A stretch of DNA of 64,000 nucleotides from positions 416,001-480,000 of the forward strand of contig OY968764.1 in the NCBI GenBank assembly GCA_963695335.1, read 5' to 3'. Of this stretch, positions 38,970-48,463 are shown piece by piece. Below the pieces are notes generated by a model. It was not told where the DNA came from. It saw only the letters and a program-made list of their open reading frames with translations, and searched no databases. Origin of the DNA: an uncultured bacterium. GTDB lineage: Bacteria; Babelota; Babeliae; Babelales; Vermiphilaceae. Every line of letters starts with the position of its first letter. Position 1 is the stretch's first letter. The position numbers and the translations under genes were made by a program.

Positions 38970-40073
38970 TTAATCACATTTTTTCAACTGAATCACATCC
39001 ACCACATTTGAAGTGTAATTAGTCACATACGCATATCTGCTATTTGGGGAAATTGCAATATTAGCAGGTGATTGGTCAACAGCAATTGTTGGTGAGATCA
39101 ATTTTTTATGATGCACATCAATAATATTAACAGTTCCTTGTCCCGCAGTCAGATCAGTGAAACTTGAGCCTGCGTATAACGTATTATAATTGGTTACGTA
39201 TGCATGATGACCATCTGGAGCAATGGCAATGCCTGCTGGTTGTATTCCAACTTCAATTGTTTTATCGATATTTAATCCACATAAATTAACAATACTGACT
39301 GTGGTGCCAAATGGTGCAAAATTGTTGCTGCCAAAATTGGTGACGTATGCGTATTTTCCGTTTGGTGTAATTGCAATACCAAATGGTCCAGAGAATCCAT
39401 TAACCGTTGCTGTTACCGTGTTAGTACTTGTTTTAATAACACTCATTGTTCCTGTTCCTGGATTGCCATCAACATAATTAACGGTGTATACAAATTTGCC
39501 ATTCGGTGATATTGCAATTGCGGCAGGGGCTAGGCCTACAGTGATTGGGGATCCAATGATCATGTTGGTTGTTAAATCAACAACGCGTACTGTTGTGCCA
39601 TTTCCACTGCCCACACCACCTGGAGCACCATAGTTATTAACATATCCAAATTTTCCATCAGGAGTTATTGCCATACCAGATGGGCCATCAAAACCATTAA
39701 TAACACCAATAACTTGGTTGGTTTTTGTAGAAATGATGGTGATTGTTGTACTGTTACTATTGGTGACATATGCTCTGTGGCCGGATGGGTTAATGGTGAC
39801 GGTATACGGTTGATTAAAACTGGCATCAAAAATAGTTGTTTTTACGGTGTTATTTTTTAGGTCTAATACAGTTACAGAGTCTTCTCCAGCAATTCCATAG
39901 TTGTTGTTATTGGCAACGTATGCTTTATGACCACTTGGAGTAACTGCTATTCCTGCAGGGGTAACTCCTGTATTCATTACTGCAACGACGGCATTATGAT
40001 CTGCCATGAGGTGTGCGGATGTGAATAAACATAAAAAACCTAAGAAATAGGTTGTTTGATTGGTGCGGTTCAT
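38970..40073 (-). CDS. Exported YVTN/YncE-type beta-propeller
   Basis: Seven P.GIAI.P.G..AYVTN...TV.VI repeats. Confidence 0.93.
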   Translation of the reverse strand: MNRTNQTTYFLGFLCLFTSAHLMADHNAVVAVMNTGVTPAGIAVTPSGHKAYVANNNNYGIAGEDSVTVLDLKNNTVKTTIFDASFNQPYTVTINPSGHRAYVTNSNSTTITIISTKTNQVIGVINGFDGPSGMAITPDGKFGYVNNYGAPGGVGSGNGTTVRVVDLTTNMIIGSPITVGLAPAAIAISPNGKFVYTVNYVDGNPGTGTMSVIKTSTNTVTATVNGFSGPFGIAITPNGKYAYVTNFGSNNFAPFGTTVSIVNLCGLNIDKTIEVGIQPAGIAIAPDGHHAYVTNYNTLYAGSSFTDLTAGQGTVNIIDVHHKKLISPTIAVDQSPANIAISPNSRYAYVTNYTSNVVDVIQLKKCD

Positions 40074-40143
40074 CAGGTCTCCTTTAGAAAATAGTGTTAT
40101 AATTGGTTGTATTATATAGTCTTATTTTTTGAAATGTCGAGCG

Positions 40144-41163
40144 TTACGTTGAAACTGCTTCCTTTCTAACTTCTTTTGCTGGTTTATCATCACGTAACCC
40201 TAAATAACTTGCATGACGTAGTTTGTTATCTTTTGTCCATTCTTCGAACTGTATTTCACATACTAATAGTGGTTTAACCCAATGAACGCTTTTTGTTGAA
40301 TCATCGTAATTATGGAAGGGATTTTTTTTGATTTCATATTTTGTCATTTTTGCACCAAGTTCTTTGAGTATTGTTGCATCAAATCCCGTACCAACTTTTC
40401 CTGCATAGTGGAGTTTGCCATTTTCATAATAACCAAGCAGTAATGCGCCAAAACGTAATTGAGGGTTTGTGGATTCAGTGTATCCTCCAATAACTAATTC
40501 TTGTTCATTGACGCATTTAAGTTTAGTCCAATTGGCTGATCTTTTTGAAACATATAAACCGTTTCTTTTTTTTGCAATCAATCCTTCCCATTGTGCTTTA
40601 CACGCTTGTTTAAAATAGGTTTTTCCTTTTTCATTTTTGTGAGTAACATAACGAATGATCCCTTTAAATGGAATGAGGTATTTTAAAAGACGTTTGCGTG
40701 TAATCAATGGTAGATGCGTTACCATATGACCATCGCAATAAAGAATGTCGAATATATAGTAATAGATATGCAGTTTTGATTTTATTGCTTTAGAAGCTTC
40801 ATCGGTACCAAATCGTTTTTGTAATAATGAAAAACTTGTAATACCATGTTTCATTGCTACTATTTCTCCATCAAGGATGCAATTTGGGAGAGATAGCTTT
40901 TGTAAAGCATGTACAATTTCTGGATAACTTTTATTAAGATGTTTATCGTTACGTGATTTTAGAATAATGGAATCACCTTTTTTATATAAAAAACAGCGTT
41001 CACCATCCAGTTTTCTTTCAAATATCCAATCTTTATTATTAAATGGTTTGTTGTCAGTTAATTTTGCGAGCATTGGTTTGATAAAAGAAGGCATTGCTTT
41101 TTTGTGGATTAGTTTTCTTTCATCTGGAGAAAGTAGTTGCAATAAATCGACGGTCTTTTGCAT
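40144..41163 (-). CDS. ligD: NHEJ ATP-dependent DNA ligase (LigD ligase domain only)
   Basis: PMLA, ERKLDGER, LDGEIV, FDIL, EGLIAK, YAGKVGTGF, LRHASYLGLRDDK. Confidence 0.92.
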   Translation of the reverse strand: MQKTVDLLQLLSPDERKLIHKKAMPSFIKPMLAKLTDNKPFNNKDWIFERKLDGERCFLYKKGDSIILKSRNDKHLNKSYPEIVHALQKLSLPNCILDGEIVAMKHGITSFSLLQKRFGTDEASKAIKSKLHIYYYIFDILYCDGHMVTHLPLITRKRLLKYLIPFKGIIRYVTHKNEKGKTYFKQACKAQWEGLIAKKRNGLYVSKRSANWTKLKCVNEQELVIGGYTESTNPQLRFGALLLGYYENGKLHYAGKVGTGFDATILKELGAKMTKYEIKKNPFHNYDDSTKSVHWVKPLLVCEIQFEEWTKDNKLRHASYLGLRDDKPAKEVRKEAVST

Positions 41164-41217
41164 GCTTGCCTCAATAAAATAATTTTTGATTTTATTGTAA
41201 AAAAAAAGGAGAAGATA

Positions 41218-42003
41218 ATGAAAGCAATTTGGTCTGGTTCAATTTCTTTTGGCTTGTTGAATATACCCGTCTATCTGTATTCAGCGATAAGTGAGCATAA
41301 ATTTGGTTTTAAAATATTATGTGGAACATGTCATACGCCATTGAAGAATGTACGGTGGTGCGAACATTGCAAAAAAGAAGTAGCGTGGGATGATACCGTT
41401 AAAGGTTTTAAAAAAGATGATGGTAAATTTATTGTTATGACTCAAGAAGCAATAAAAAAACTAAAACCAGAAAAAATGGATATTCTTGAAATTAAAGAGT
41501 TTGTGCCGCAATCAGAGGTGGAAATGCTCTATATTTCTGGCCATTATTATATGGCTCCCAAAAATGAAAAAGATAAAGCATTTTATCTGTTTGCCCAAGC
41601 GCTTGAAAAAGCAAAAAAAGTTGCGATAGGGACTTTTGTGATGCGTGATAAAGAGTATGTTGTGGCAATCAATTTTTATAAAAATATATTGCTTCTTAAT
41701 ACATTACATTATCAATATGAGATACGGCATTTTGAACTGAAAGAGATGAAAAAAGTTAAGGTAACAAAAGAAGAGTTAGATCTTGCTTTGTTATTGATTA
41801 ATAAGCTGACACATAAAACCTTCAAGTTAGATGCGTATAAAGATCAGTTTGTAGAAAAGCTGAAAAAAGCAGTTAAAACTGCCAAAACAACAAAAAAAAC
41901 TAAGGCAGCAAAAGGTAAAAAAGTTGTTAAAAAGAAAGTGGAAAAGAAGAAAACGCTTGTTTCATCGTTAAAAGAAAGTTTGGGAAAAGAAGCGCGCGCG
42001 TAA
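41218..42003 (+). CDS. ku: NHEJ Ku protein
   Basis: AGGAG RBS; MKAIWSGSISFGLLNIPV.LYSA, VKGF, EFVP, Lys-rich tail. Confidence 0.95.
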   Translation: MKAIWSGSISFGLLNIPVYLYSAISEHKFGFKILCGTCHTPLKNVRWCEHCKKEVAWDDTVKGFKKDDGKFIVMTQEAIKKLKPEKMDILEIKEFVPQSEVEMLYISGHYYMAPKNEKDKAFYLFAQALEKAKKVAIGTFVMRDKEYVVAINFYKNILLLNTLHYQYEIRHFELKEMKKVKVTKEELDLALLLINKLTHKTFKLDAYKDQFVEKLKKAVKTAKTTKKTKAAKGKKVVKKKVEKKKTLVSSLKESLGKEARA

Positions 42004-42060
42004 TATGAAAAAATAGTGTATACTACTGCACAATATTATTTTAATCATACGGAGTGCTTC

Positions 42061-42537
42061 ATGAAAATGTTCAAAATATTGTTAGCAGTTGCAATGGTAA
42101 CTGGTATTTTTTCTCATGTTATTGCAGATGAAAATGTTCCAATGGTAACTGATGGAGTTATTGATTTGGAGCAATATTTATTTGGTGATGTTGATAGCAA
42201 TGGGCAAACTATTTTGCACAGGCTTGCTGCTAATTGTGATAATGATGACTTTACGGTACGCCTTAAACCGTTTGATTTTGTAGAAAATGTTGAAAAATCA
42301 GAAAGTTTTAAACATTTACAAGTTAAAATGGCACTATGTAATGCTATGTCAAAAGACATTGCACAGGCTTTTGTGATGGTGGAGCTGAATGATTTTGTAC
42401 AAAAAAAAGATAATAATGGTGAAACAGCTTTAGATATTGCAAAAAAACGTAATGTGCTCAATTCTCACAAAAGATGTACGTCTTGTGTGGAATTTTTGAA
42501 TATCTTTGATGAACTTAATAAACAAATTAATAAGTAA
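42061..42537 (+). CDS. Exported protein with degenerate ankyrin-like motifs
   Basis: DSNGQTILH.LA, DNNGETALDIA. Confidence 0.7.
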   Translation: MKMFKILLAVAMVTGIFSHVIADENVPMVTDGVIDLEQYLFGDVDSNGQTILHRLAANCDNDDFTVRLKPFDFVENVEKSESFKHLQVKMALCNAMSKDIAQAFVMVELNDFVQKKDNNGETALDIAKKRNVLNSHKRCTSCVEFLNIFDELNKQINK

Positions 42538-42559
42538 AATTGAGAGAAAAAAGTACTCA

Positions 42560-42591
42560 AAAGGCTTAGGTTCTACCTGAGCCTTTTTTTT
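42560..42591 (+). terminator. Intrinsic terminator
   Basis: AAAAGGCTTAGG-TTCTA-CCTGAGCC-T run. Confidence 0.8.
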
Positions 42592-42612
42592 AAGATCAAA
42601 TAAGGAGTATCC

Positions 42613-43119
42613 ATGAAAAAAATAGCAAAATTATGTTTTATCATCATTTTTGTTGTTAATATTACTGTAGCGATGGATAATCAAAAAAGTGCTTTGGATG
42701 TGAGTAAGATGTGGTTGCAATATCCTCATAATGCGCGAGATGAATATGGTAATACTTTTTGGCATCAATTAGCGTGCGGATCAGAACATTTTATAGATTG
42801 GTCGGAAGTTACTATTAAAGAAAAGCTGTTCAAATTTAATCATAACAAATGGACGCCAAATCCTTTTATAGAAAACAAGAATAATAAAACGGCACGGCAA
42901 GAAGTAAAATATGTTTTTAAGAGATCAAAAAATCCGGTTGCTGGATTATTGGTTGTGTATTTAAGACAGCAAGAAGAGAATTTTTTGTATAAAATTGCTG
43001 TAAAAGAGTATCGGGATGCAATGCCTACTTTGCAATATGTAGACTATGAATTAGTAGAATGTTTGCCAATAGATCAGGTTAAATCTCTGGTTATAGGCTA
43101 TGGCGCACAACCAAAGTAG
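42613..43119 (+). CDS. Exported protein with degenerate ankyrin-like motifs
   Basis: AAGGAG RBS; DEYGNTFWHQLA, NKNNKTARQ. Confidence 0.7.
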   Translation: MKKIAKLCFIIIFVVNITVAMDNQKSALDVSKMWLQYPHNARDEYGNTFWHQLACGSEHFIDWSEVTIKEKLFKFNHNKWTPNPFIENKNNKTARQEVKYVFKRSKNPVAGLLVVYLRQQEENFLYKIAVKEYRDAMPTLQYVDYELVECLPIDQVKSLVIGYGAQPK

Positions 43120-43244
43120 CTGGAACCCTTTTTGTGGCGAAAATAGCGATAAACAGGACCCCTTTGACGTCTTGCCCTCCTTATATTATACTTATAATAG
43201 AGCTAGAAATAGGCTATTTTTATAGATATATAGGGGGATTTTTT

Positions 43245-43637
43245 ATGAAAACTGTAAAATTGTTATTGATGTTGACGTTAGTTGTTCCTGCTGTTGCAAT
43301 GGATTTAAAGCAATCTCGTAAAGAAGTTATGGACAAAGCTGACAAAGCTTTTTTTGCTGCTATAGAAAATTGTCATAGAAATGATGGTAAGCATAAAGAC
43401 AGAATGTATGAGCTTAAAAACAGAACTTACAATCTTTCAGCTCTTGAAACTCATTTTGTTTTACAACAGCGTCTTGATCAGGCAATAGATAAGTCTAACG
43501 ATTTTCGTGAGTGTGATAATTGTAAAGATGTAGCAGATTTTGCTCATGAGGTTTTGTTGTATACTTTCCTTGATATTAATGAGGGAAAAGGAAATGCGAT
43601 AATTTCTGAACTGAGAGAACTACATATTAATAAATAA
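43245..43637 (+). CDS. Exported hypothetical protein
   Basis: GGGGG RBS, signal peptide AVA-MD. Confidence 0.7.
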   Translation: MKTVKLLLMLTLVVPAVAMDLKQSRKEVMDKADKAFFAAIENCHRNDGKHKDRMYELKNRTYNLSALETHFVLQQRLDQAIDKSNDFRECDNCKDVADFAHEVLLYTFLDINEGKGNAIISELRELHINK

Positions 43638-43767
43638 TTTTTGTTGAGAATAATAAAAGAGGCCTGGAATTTTCCAAGCCTTTTTTTTATGGGCTTTTTT
43701 TGCTCGCAATATCAAAAATCATGGTATACTTATAGCAGAATAATTTTTCAACTACAGGAGTGTACAT

Positions 43768-43974
43768 ATGAGAAATTCAAAAACATTGTTGAAGATGATA
43801 ATCATCGTAATGATCGCAGCTTCTCATGCAGCAAAACATTATAATAATATGCATATCGGTGAGATATTAGCCACCGAATATTGCGATGAAGATGATGAAG
43901 AGGATGAAGAAGAAGTTTTTGAGCGTATGAGTATTATTTGTAGATCTCAGCAGAATAAGAAAAATCGATATTAG
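43768..43974 (+). CDS. Small exported acidic peptide
   Basis: AGGAG RBS, signal peptide, DEDDEEDEEE tract. Confidence 0.5.
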   Translation: MRNSKTLLKMIIIVMIAASHAAKHYNNMHIGEILATEYCDEDDEEDEEEVFERMSIICRSQQNKKNRY

Positions 43975-43976
43975 AT

Positions 43977-44006
43977 AAAGGGCCCTTGGAGGGCCCTCTT
44001 TTTTTA
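43977..44006. terminator. Bidirectional terminator
   Basis: AAAGGGCCCT-TGG-AGGGCCCTC-T run. Confidence 0.8.
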
Positions 44007-44009
44007 TGT

Positions 44010-45260
44010 CTAAAAATCAACAGAGAATATTGCACCAATCATGGGCACAAGGGCAACATTTCTGCCATTAAATGGTAATCGCGCATACAAGTTTAATTCC
44101 GGTCTTACACGTGCATCTGGAAGATGCATCTGAAAGTCATAGGTAAAGCGTGGGATCATATGATGCATGGTGTATGAATCAAGACGCGGGGATGTGTTAG
44201 CGATGTTTGTTGAGAACTCTTGCGTTTTGAGCGCAATTTCATTTTCGCCGCGTTTAAGATATTGATAATAAATAGAGAATGATAATCCTTTCATGAAATT
44301 AAACATTTCAACGTAGAGATTAAATCGTTGCACCAATCCAGAATCGATAAAAGCACATGTTTTTTGTAATAATAAAAGTTCTGTTTGTTGGCGATCTGTT
44401 TTAATGCGGTGCTCACGTGTATGGCCAAAAATTTGTGTTAATTGAACATCAACACCACCTTTAAAATGTGAACCAAGCGTGAGATCAATTCCTAAACCAA
44501 ATGGCATAGAAACTGCACCATCCCAACCAAAAGGAACTGCAAACAGTAAGTTTTCATTTTCACGCAATCCGGTTGGAAATCCAATACCAACGCGCCAGTT
44601 AACACGTACACATTTTAAGAACGGTTTGTTTTGATAAAAATCACGAAACCAATCAACGAGCAATACAAGATCACCTACACCGGAACGCGTCCAAGGTCCA
44701 AGATTAAGACAACCAAGTTGTTGTACATTTTCTGCTAAATTATCAGTTAGTAAGCGATGCACAAGTTTATCAAGATTATCAACATTGGGGGTTAAATCTT
44801 GAAAATTAATATCTTTCAGTTTCATTTGAAAAGCTGGTAAATATAATCCCAAAGACCAATCTTGCGCAAAAAAGAAACGCCCTGCAAATGCAAGATTGTA
44901 CGGCATCTGGAATTCACCACACACATTAAATCTTCCACGAATGCCATTATCACAATCAAGCAGTTCTGAGCGTAACTGCGAAATAGGACTTTCTTTTGGA
45001 AATCCTTCTAACATGGCAAGCGCGTTTTGTTGTCTGTTCCAGATGTGTAATGGATTAACACTGTCTCCATCATCATTAAACCCTTTGGCCTTATGAAATC
45101 CGCCTTCACCATAGAATGCTAATTGCCATCTGCGTTCATTATTAAATGTTGGACGAATTGATGTATCGTATGGCCACATTGAGTTAACAATATTCATGGC
45201 CCAGGTACTATTACTGAGTATCAGTGATATTGAAAGTATTATTTTATTTTTGCGCGTCAT
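44010..45260 (-). CDS. Probable outer-membrane beta-barrel protein
   Basis: Signal peptide, amphipathic strands, GVGDL...GFPTG motif, C-terminal FSVDF. Confidence 0.65.
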   Translation of the reverse strand: MTRKNKIILSISLILSNSTWAMNIVNSMWPYDTSIRPTFNNERRWQLAFYGEGGFHKAKGFNDDGDSVNPLHIWNRQQNALAMLEGFPKESPISQLRSELLDCDNGIRGRFNVCGEFQMPYNLAFAGRFFFAQDWSLGLYLPAFQMKLKDINFQDLTPNVDNLDKLVHRLLTDNLAENVQQLGCLNLGPWTRSGVGDLVLLVDWFRDFYQNKPFLKCVRVNWRVGIGFPTGLRENENLLFAVPFGWDGAVSMPFGLGIDLTLGSHFKGGVDVQLTQIFGHTREHRIKTDRQQTELLLLQKTCAFIDSGLVQRFNLYVEMFNFMKGLSFSIYYQYLKRGENEIALKTQEFSTNIANTSPRLDSYTMHHMIPRFTYDFQMHLPDARVRPELNLYARLPFNGRNVALVPMIGAIFSVDF

Positions 45261-45276
45261 TGCCGCATCCTATTTA

Positions 45277-48087
45277 TTATTCTAAAACTTGCGTATTAAA
45301 GTTTCCTGCAGCAATCCAACTCCCTGAAGCTTGGCTGCGTGCAAAATAGTTGATTTCTGTTCCTGATCCAAAATTAATATTTACTAATGAGCTGCGATCA
45401 CCAACGCCAGCAACACCAACGCGTGGTTCAGGTCCAGCAGGCGTTAGTAACGCTATTGGTGGAATATGTACATTTTGATTACGTGTTGCAAAATACAAAG
45501 CTCCATCGGTTGCAAAATTACTTCTAAACTCTCCAAAAGAAAGTAAAAACGACGGAATATTTTTTACAAAAAGATCATCAAAAGCTTGTATAGTTGTAGC
45601 AGTCATTGGTTCAGTTAGACCAAGTGGTTGTACTGCAAATCTATTGATGCGTGATTGATTAAGACCAACATCGGCAGTGAGCACATAGAATTGCCCGCTG
45701 GTACCTTTGGTAATATCTTGTACGCGATTAGTTTGTGTTACACCATAGAGAGCTGTTGGTGCTCCTGCATTTTCTCCGATGGCAACAAGTTGCCACTGAG
45801 CATCTGATTCATCTGCAATAATGCGAATATCCTTACCATCACCAATGCGGAGTAAGTCATCAGTTGTTGCAATAAGTGCTAACGCTTGTGAAAAAATTCC
45901 ATTCAGGAACCCTCCACGTATTGAAACACCGTTATCACCTATTGTCGCGATGGTAGTTACATCGAGCGTGTTAGTTCCAAAATTAGATGTTGCAAGATTG
46001 ATGCGATCAACTCTGTCATGCGCGATAACATATAAAAAGCCACTGTCGCTGATCAGTTTTTTAACAAAGCTGTAATTTCCAACTTGTTTAAACATCATTC
46101 CTGCATTTAAACCAACTAAGTTGTTACTCAATTGCGTTGCGGGGTTCCAACCTGATCCGTCTGGATTAGCAAGTATTGCTAACCCGTTTGATCCACCAAC
46201 AAAAAGCCAACCATTTGTGGCTGTTGCTGCAATTTCTAATGCAGTAATAGGACCAACGTTGTTAAGGTCTCCGCCAGATATAATGACTGTTTTTTCATTA
46301 ACATCGGTTGTGATTGTGCCATTATCAAAACTGATCATGGTATTAAAATCTGGTCCTGCAGTTGGTGTGATAATTCCAGTAACACTGTCTTGTAATCCTG
46401 TTTGCGCCAATACAATAGTACCAATTCCACCAGCAGCAAGAAGTGCAATATTGTGTAACCCTGGTGTATTTGGCAAGAATGTTTGTAATCCTTGTGCTCC
46501 ACCATCGGTTGGAAGTGTGTTATCCAAAATAGTTGTCAGCGGTTGTAAACTTTCTGGTGATCCATTAGACCACACTGTTCTTTTTATTGTGTTAACTGAG
46601 TTAGTATCTGCGCCTGAAGCTAAAATAAAATTGCCATCAAATGGATTGAGTACAGCTGCAAAAATATTATCTGTTGTTCCTGCAGCGCGTTGCCATTGTG
46701 TCCATGATCTGATTTTTCCTGAGGCATCAAAAAGAGCTTGTGAAGAGTATACACCAGGAGTTTCATTGCCAACAAAAGCAAATACCGTATCATTCCGTAC
46801 AATAATATCAACAATGGGTCCTGCAGTTAATAAACCACCACCAACTTGTGCAGCACTATCGGTCGCTTGTGTCATTTCATCTGGTGTTGTTGCTGGTGTG
46901 GTGATAATGCGAGCGGTGATATTCGGAACAGGTGCATTTTTAAATATATTTTGAGGTTGAGCATTTTTTGCAGCAATCATACCTTGCGCATCGCCACTAT
47001 TAACAAGCGGTAACGCAAAAACAGAATTGTTATGTGCAGAGAGATTTCCATTGCCACCAACCATGATGAGATAGTTAAGTGCAGTACTTGTGTACATGGT
47101 GCTGAGTGCATTCACAGAAAGTTGTTGGTTTGCACCAATAACACCAATAATGCTATCAATATTACCTGGAGCAAATGCACTATCAGGTGCGATTGTTTCC
47201 AATGTAATTGCACCATTTTCTATAAATTTAACAGCGGCAATGGAGCGAGCGCCATCAGTAGTACCGTTATTTGCAACAACTGATAATCCAACATAAAGAC
47301 GTTGTAACACAGCATCCCAATGCATGACAGCGTAGTTTTCTATAATTCGCGCGAGTGGGGTAGTGATAAAAAGGGCTGGTGATGTTGGGTCAAGTTGTAA
47401 AGCCTTTTGATCAACGGTTGAACCATTCGTTGCATTAATTTCACCAAAAACTCTTTCTTTTTTTGTGGTTTCTCCTTCTACAGTGTCCATTATTCCGCGT
47501 ACAAGCAGAGCAATACCACTATTTTCTTGACCAAATTCGCCACCATTTGGTTTAACGGCAGCAAATACATGACTTGTGTTATTGGTTGTAAGATCAACAA
47601 TGCCAGGAGAAACGGCACCTGTTGCATCATGAACGTCCATTGATACTACTACGATGGTGTTATTAAACTGATTTATGTTTTCAAAAAGATACACGCGGGC
47701 TGGTCTACTTTCTCCAACAACAACGGGCATATCACGCATCACAAAACCATCTTCTGTTTCAAGCATACCCAGTTGAATGATTTTATCTCCAAAGAGAGGG
47801 TTTTCTATTTCTGGATGGCCATTAAGAGTTATAGTTTGCGGCATGAGTGGCATGAATGCAATTGCACCACGCACTAATCTTGAGAGGGTGAATGGTGCTT
47901 CATCTTGTGTTAAAATTTGGTTTGATGATTCGTAAAAACTACCTGATGAACTAAAAATATTTTTGTTGACGGTGAATGAGAATGTTTGACCTTCTGGTGC
48001 GTTTTTATCACCTTTGATGAGGATTGCACTGTTGAGATGTAGGGTGAGGAGGAGGGTTAATAGTGAGGTTATTATTTTTTTATTCAT
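45277..48087 (-). CDS. Large exported beta-rich protein (936 aa)
   Basis: Signal peptide; G/N/T-rich beta composition; 16 bp upstream of the barrel gene. Confidence 0.75.
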   Translation of the reverse strand: MNKKIITSLLTLLLTLHLNSAILIKGDKNAPEGQTFSFTVNKNIFSSSGSFYESSNQILTQDEAPFTLSRLVRGAIAFMPLMPQTITLNGHPEIENPLFGDKIIQLGMLETEDGFVMRDMPVVVGESRPARVYLFENINQFNNTIVVVSMDVHDATGAVSPGIVDLTTNNTSHVFAAVKPNGGEFGQENSGIALLVRGIMDTVEGETTKKERVFGEINATNGSTVDQKALQLDPTSPALFITTPLARIIENYAVMHWDAVLQRLYVGLSVVANNGTTDGARSIAAVKFIENGAITLETIAPDSAFAPGNIDSIIGVIGANQQLSVNALSTMYTSTALNYLIMVGGNGNLSAHNNSVFALPLVNSGDAQGMIAAKNAQPQNIFKNAPVPNITARIITTPATTPDEMTQATDSAAQVGGGLLTAGPIVDIIVRNDTVFAFVGNETPGVYSSQALFDASGKIRSWTQWQRAAGTTDNIFAAVLNPFDGNFILASGADTNSVNTIKRTVWSNGSPESLQPLTTILDNTLPTDGGAQGLQTFLPNTPGLHNIALLAAGGIGTIVLAQTGLQDSVTGIITPTAGPDFNTMISFDNGTITTDVNEKTVIISGGDLNNVGPITALEIAATATNGWLFVGGSNGLAILANPDGSGWNPATQLSNNLVGLNAGMMFKQVGNYSFVKKLISDSGFLYVIAHDRVDRINLATSNFGTNTLDVTTIATIGDNGVSIRGGFLNGIFSQALALIATTDDLLRIGDGKDIRIIADESDAQWQLVAIGENAGAPTALYGVTQTNRVQDITKGTSGQFYVLTADVGLNQSRINRFAVQPLGLTEPMTATTIQAFDDLFVKNIPSFLLSFGEFRSNFATDGALYFATRNQNVHIPPIALLTPAGPEPRVGVAGVGDRSSLVNINFGSGTEINYFARSQASGSWIAAGNFNTQVLE

Positions 48088-48114
48088 GAGTACTTTTCGA
48101 ATGATTTAATTGTT

Positions 48115-48274
48115 GCGCTTTAACCCTTCAACAAGTTCAGGGTGAGCGCTTTGGGATTAATTCTCTTTTTTAAAGAGCTCTAAAAAGTGCAATAAAGCTT
48201 TGTAGAGGCTGGCGATAGCAAAGAGTGTTTATGCTTCATCGCGCTCACCCTGAACTTGTTGAAGGGTTAAGCGC
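48115..48274. repeat. REPIN-like inverted pair of type A arms
   Basis: GCGCTTTAACCCTTCAACAAGTTCAGGGTGAGCGC ... GCGCTCACCCTGAACTTGTTGAAGGGTTAAGCGC. Confidence 0.9.
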
Positions 48275-48463
48275 GTAATTCGTTTTCTATTGCTATAGTG
48301 TACGATTTTTTTTGAAAACTGCCACTGCAATTAATGCATCAAAAGTAACTGTTCTCTCATTATACACATTATAACTATTTCCAATCATCAAGATTTATGA
48401 TATATGTTATTAAATAATAAGTTTTTATTTTTTCTAAATTGTTACATATAAGAAATTTTCAAG

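Noticed and set aside
46121..46954. 277-aa plus-strand ORF and similar antisense ORFs (e.g. 14654..15184, 23978..24532)
   Set aside because: Shadow frames opposite well-supported genes, with no motifs or RBS
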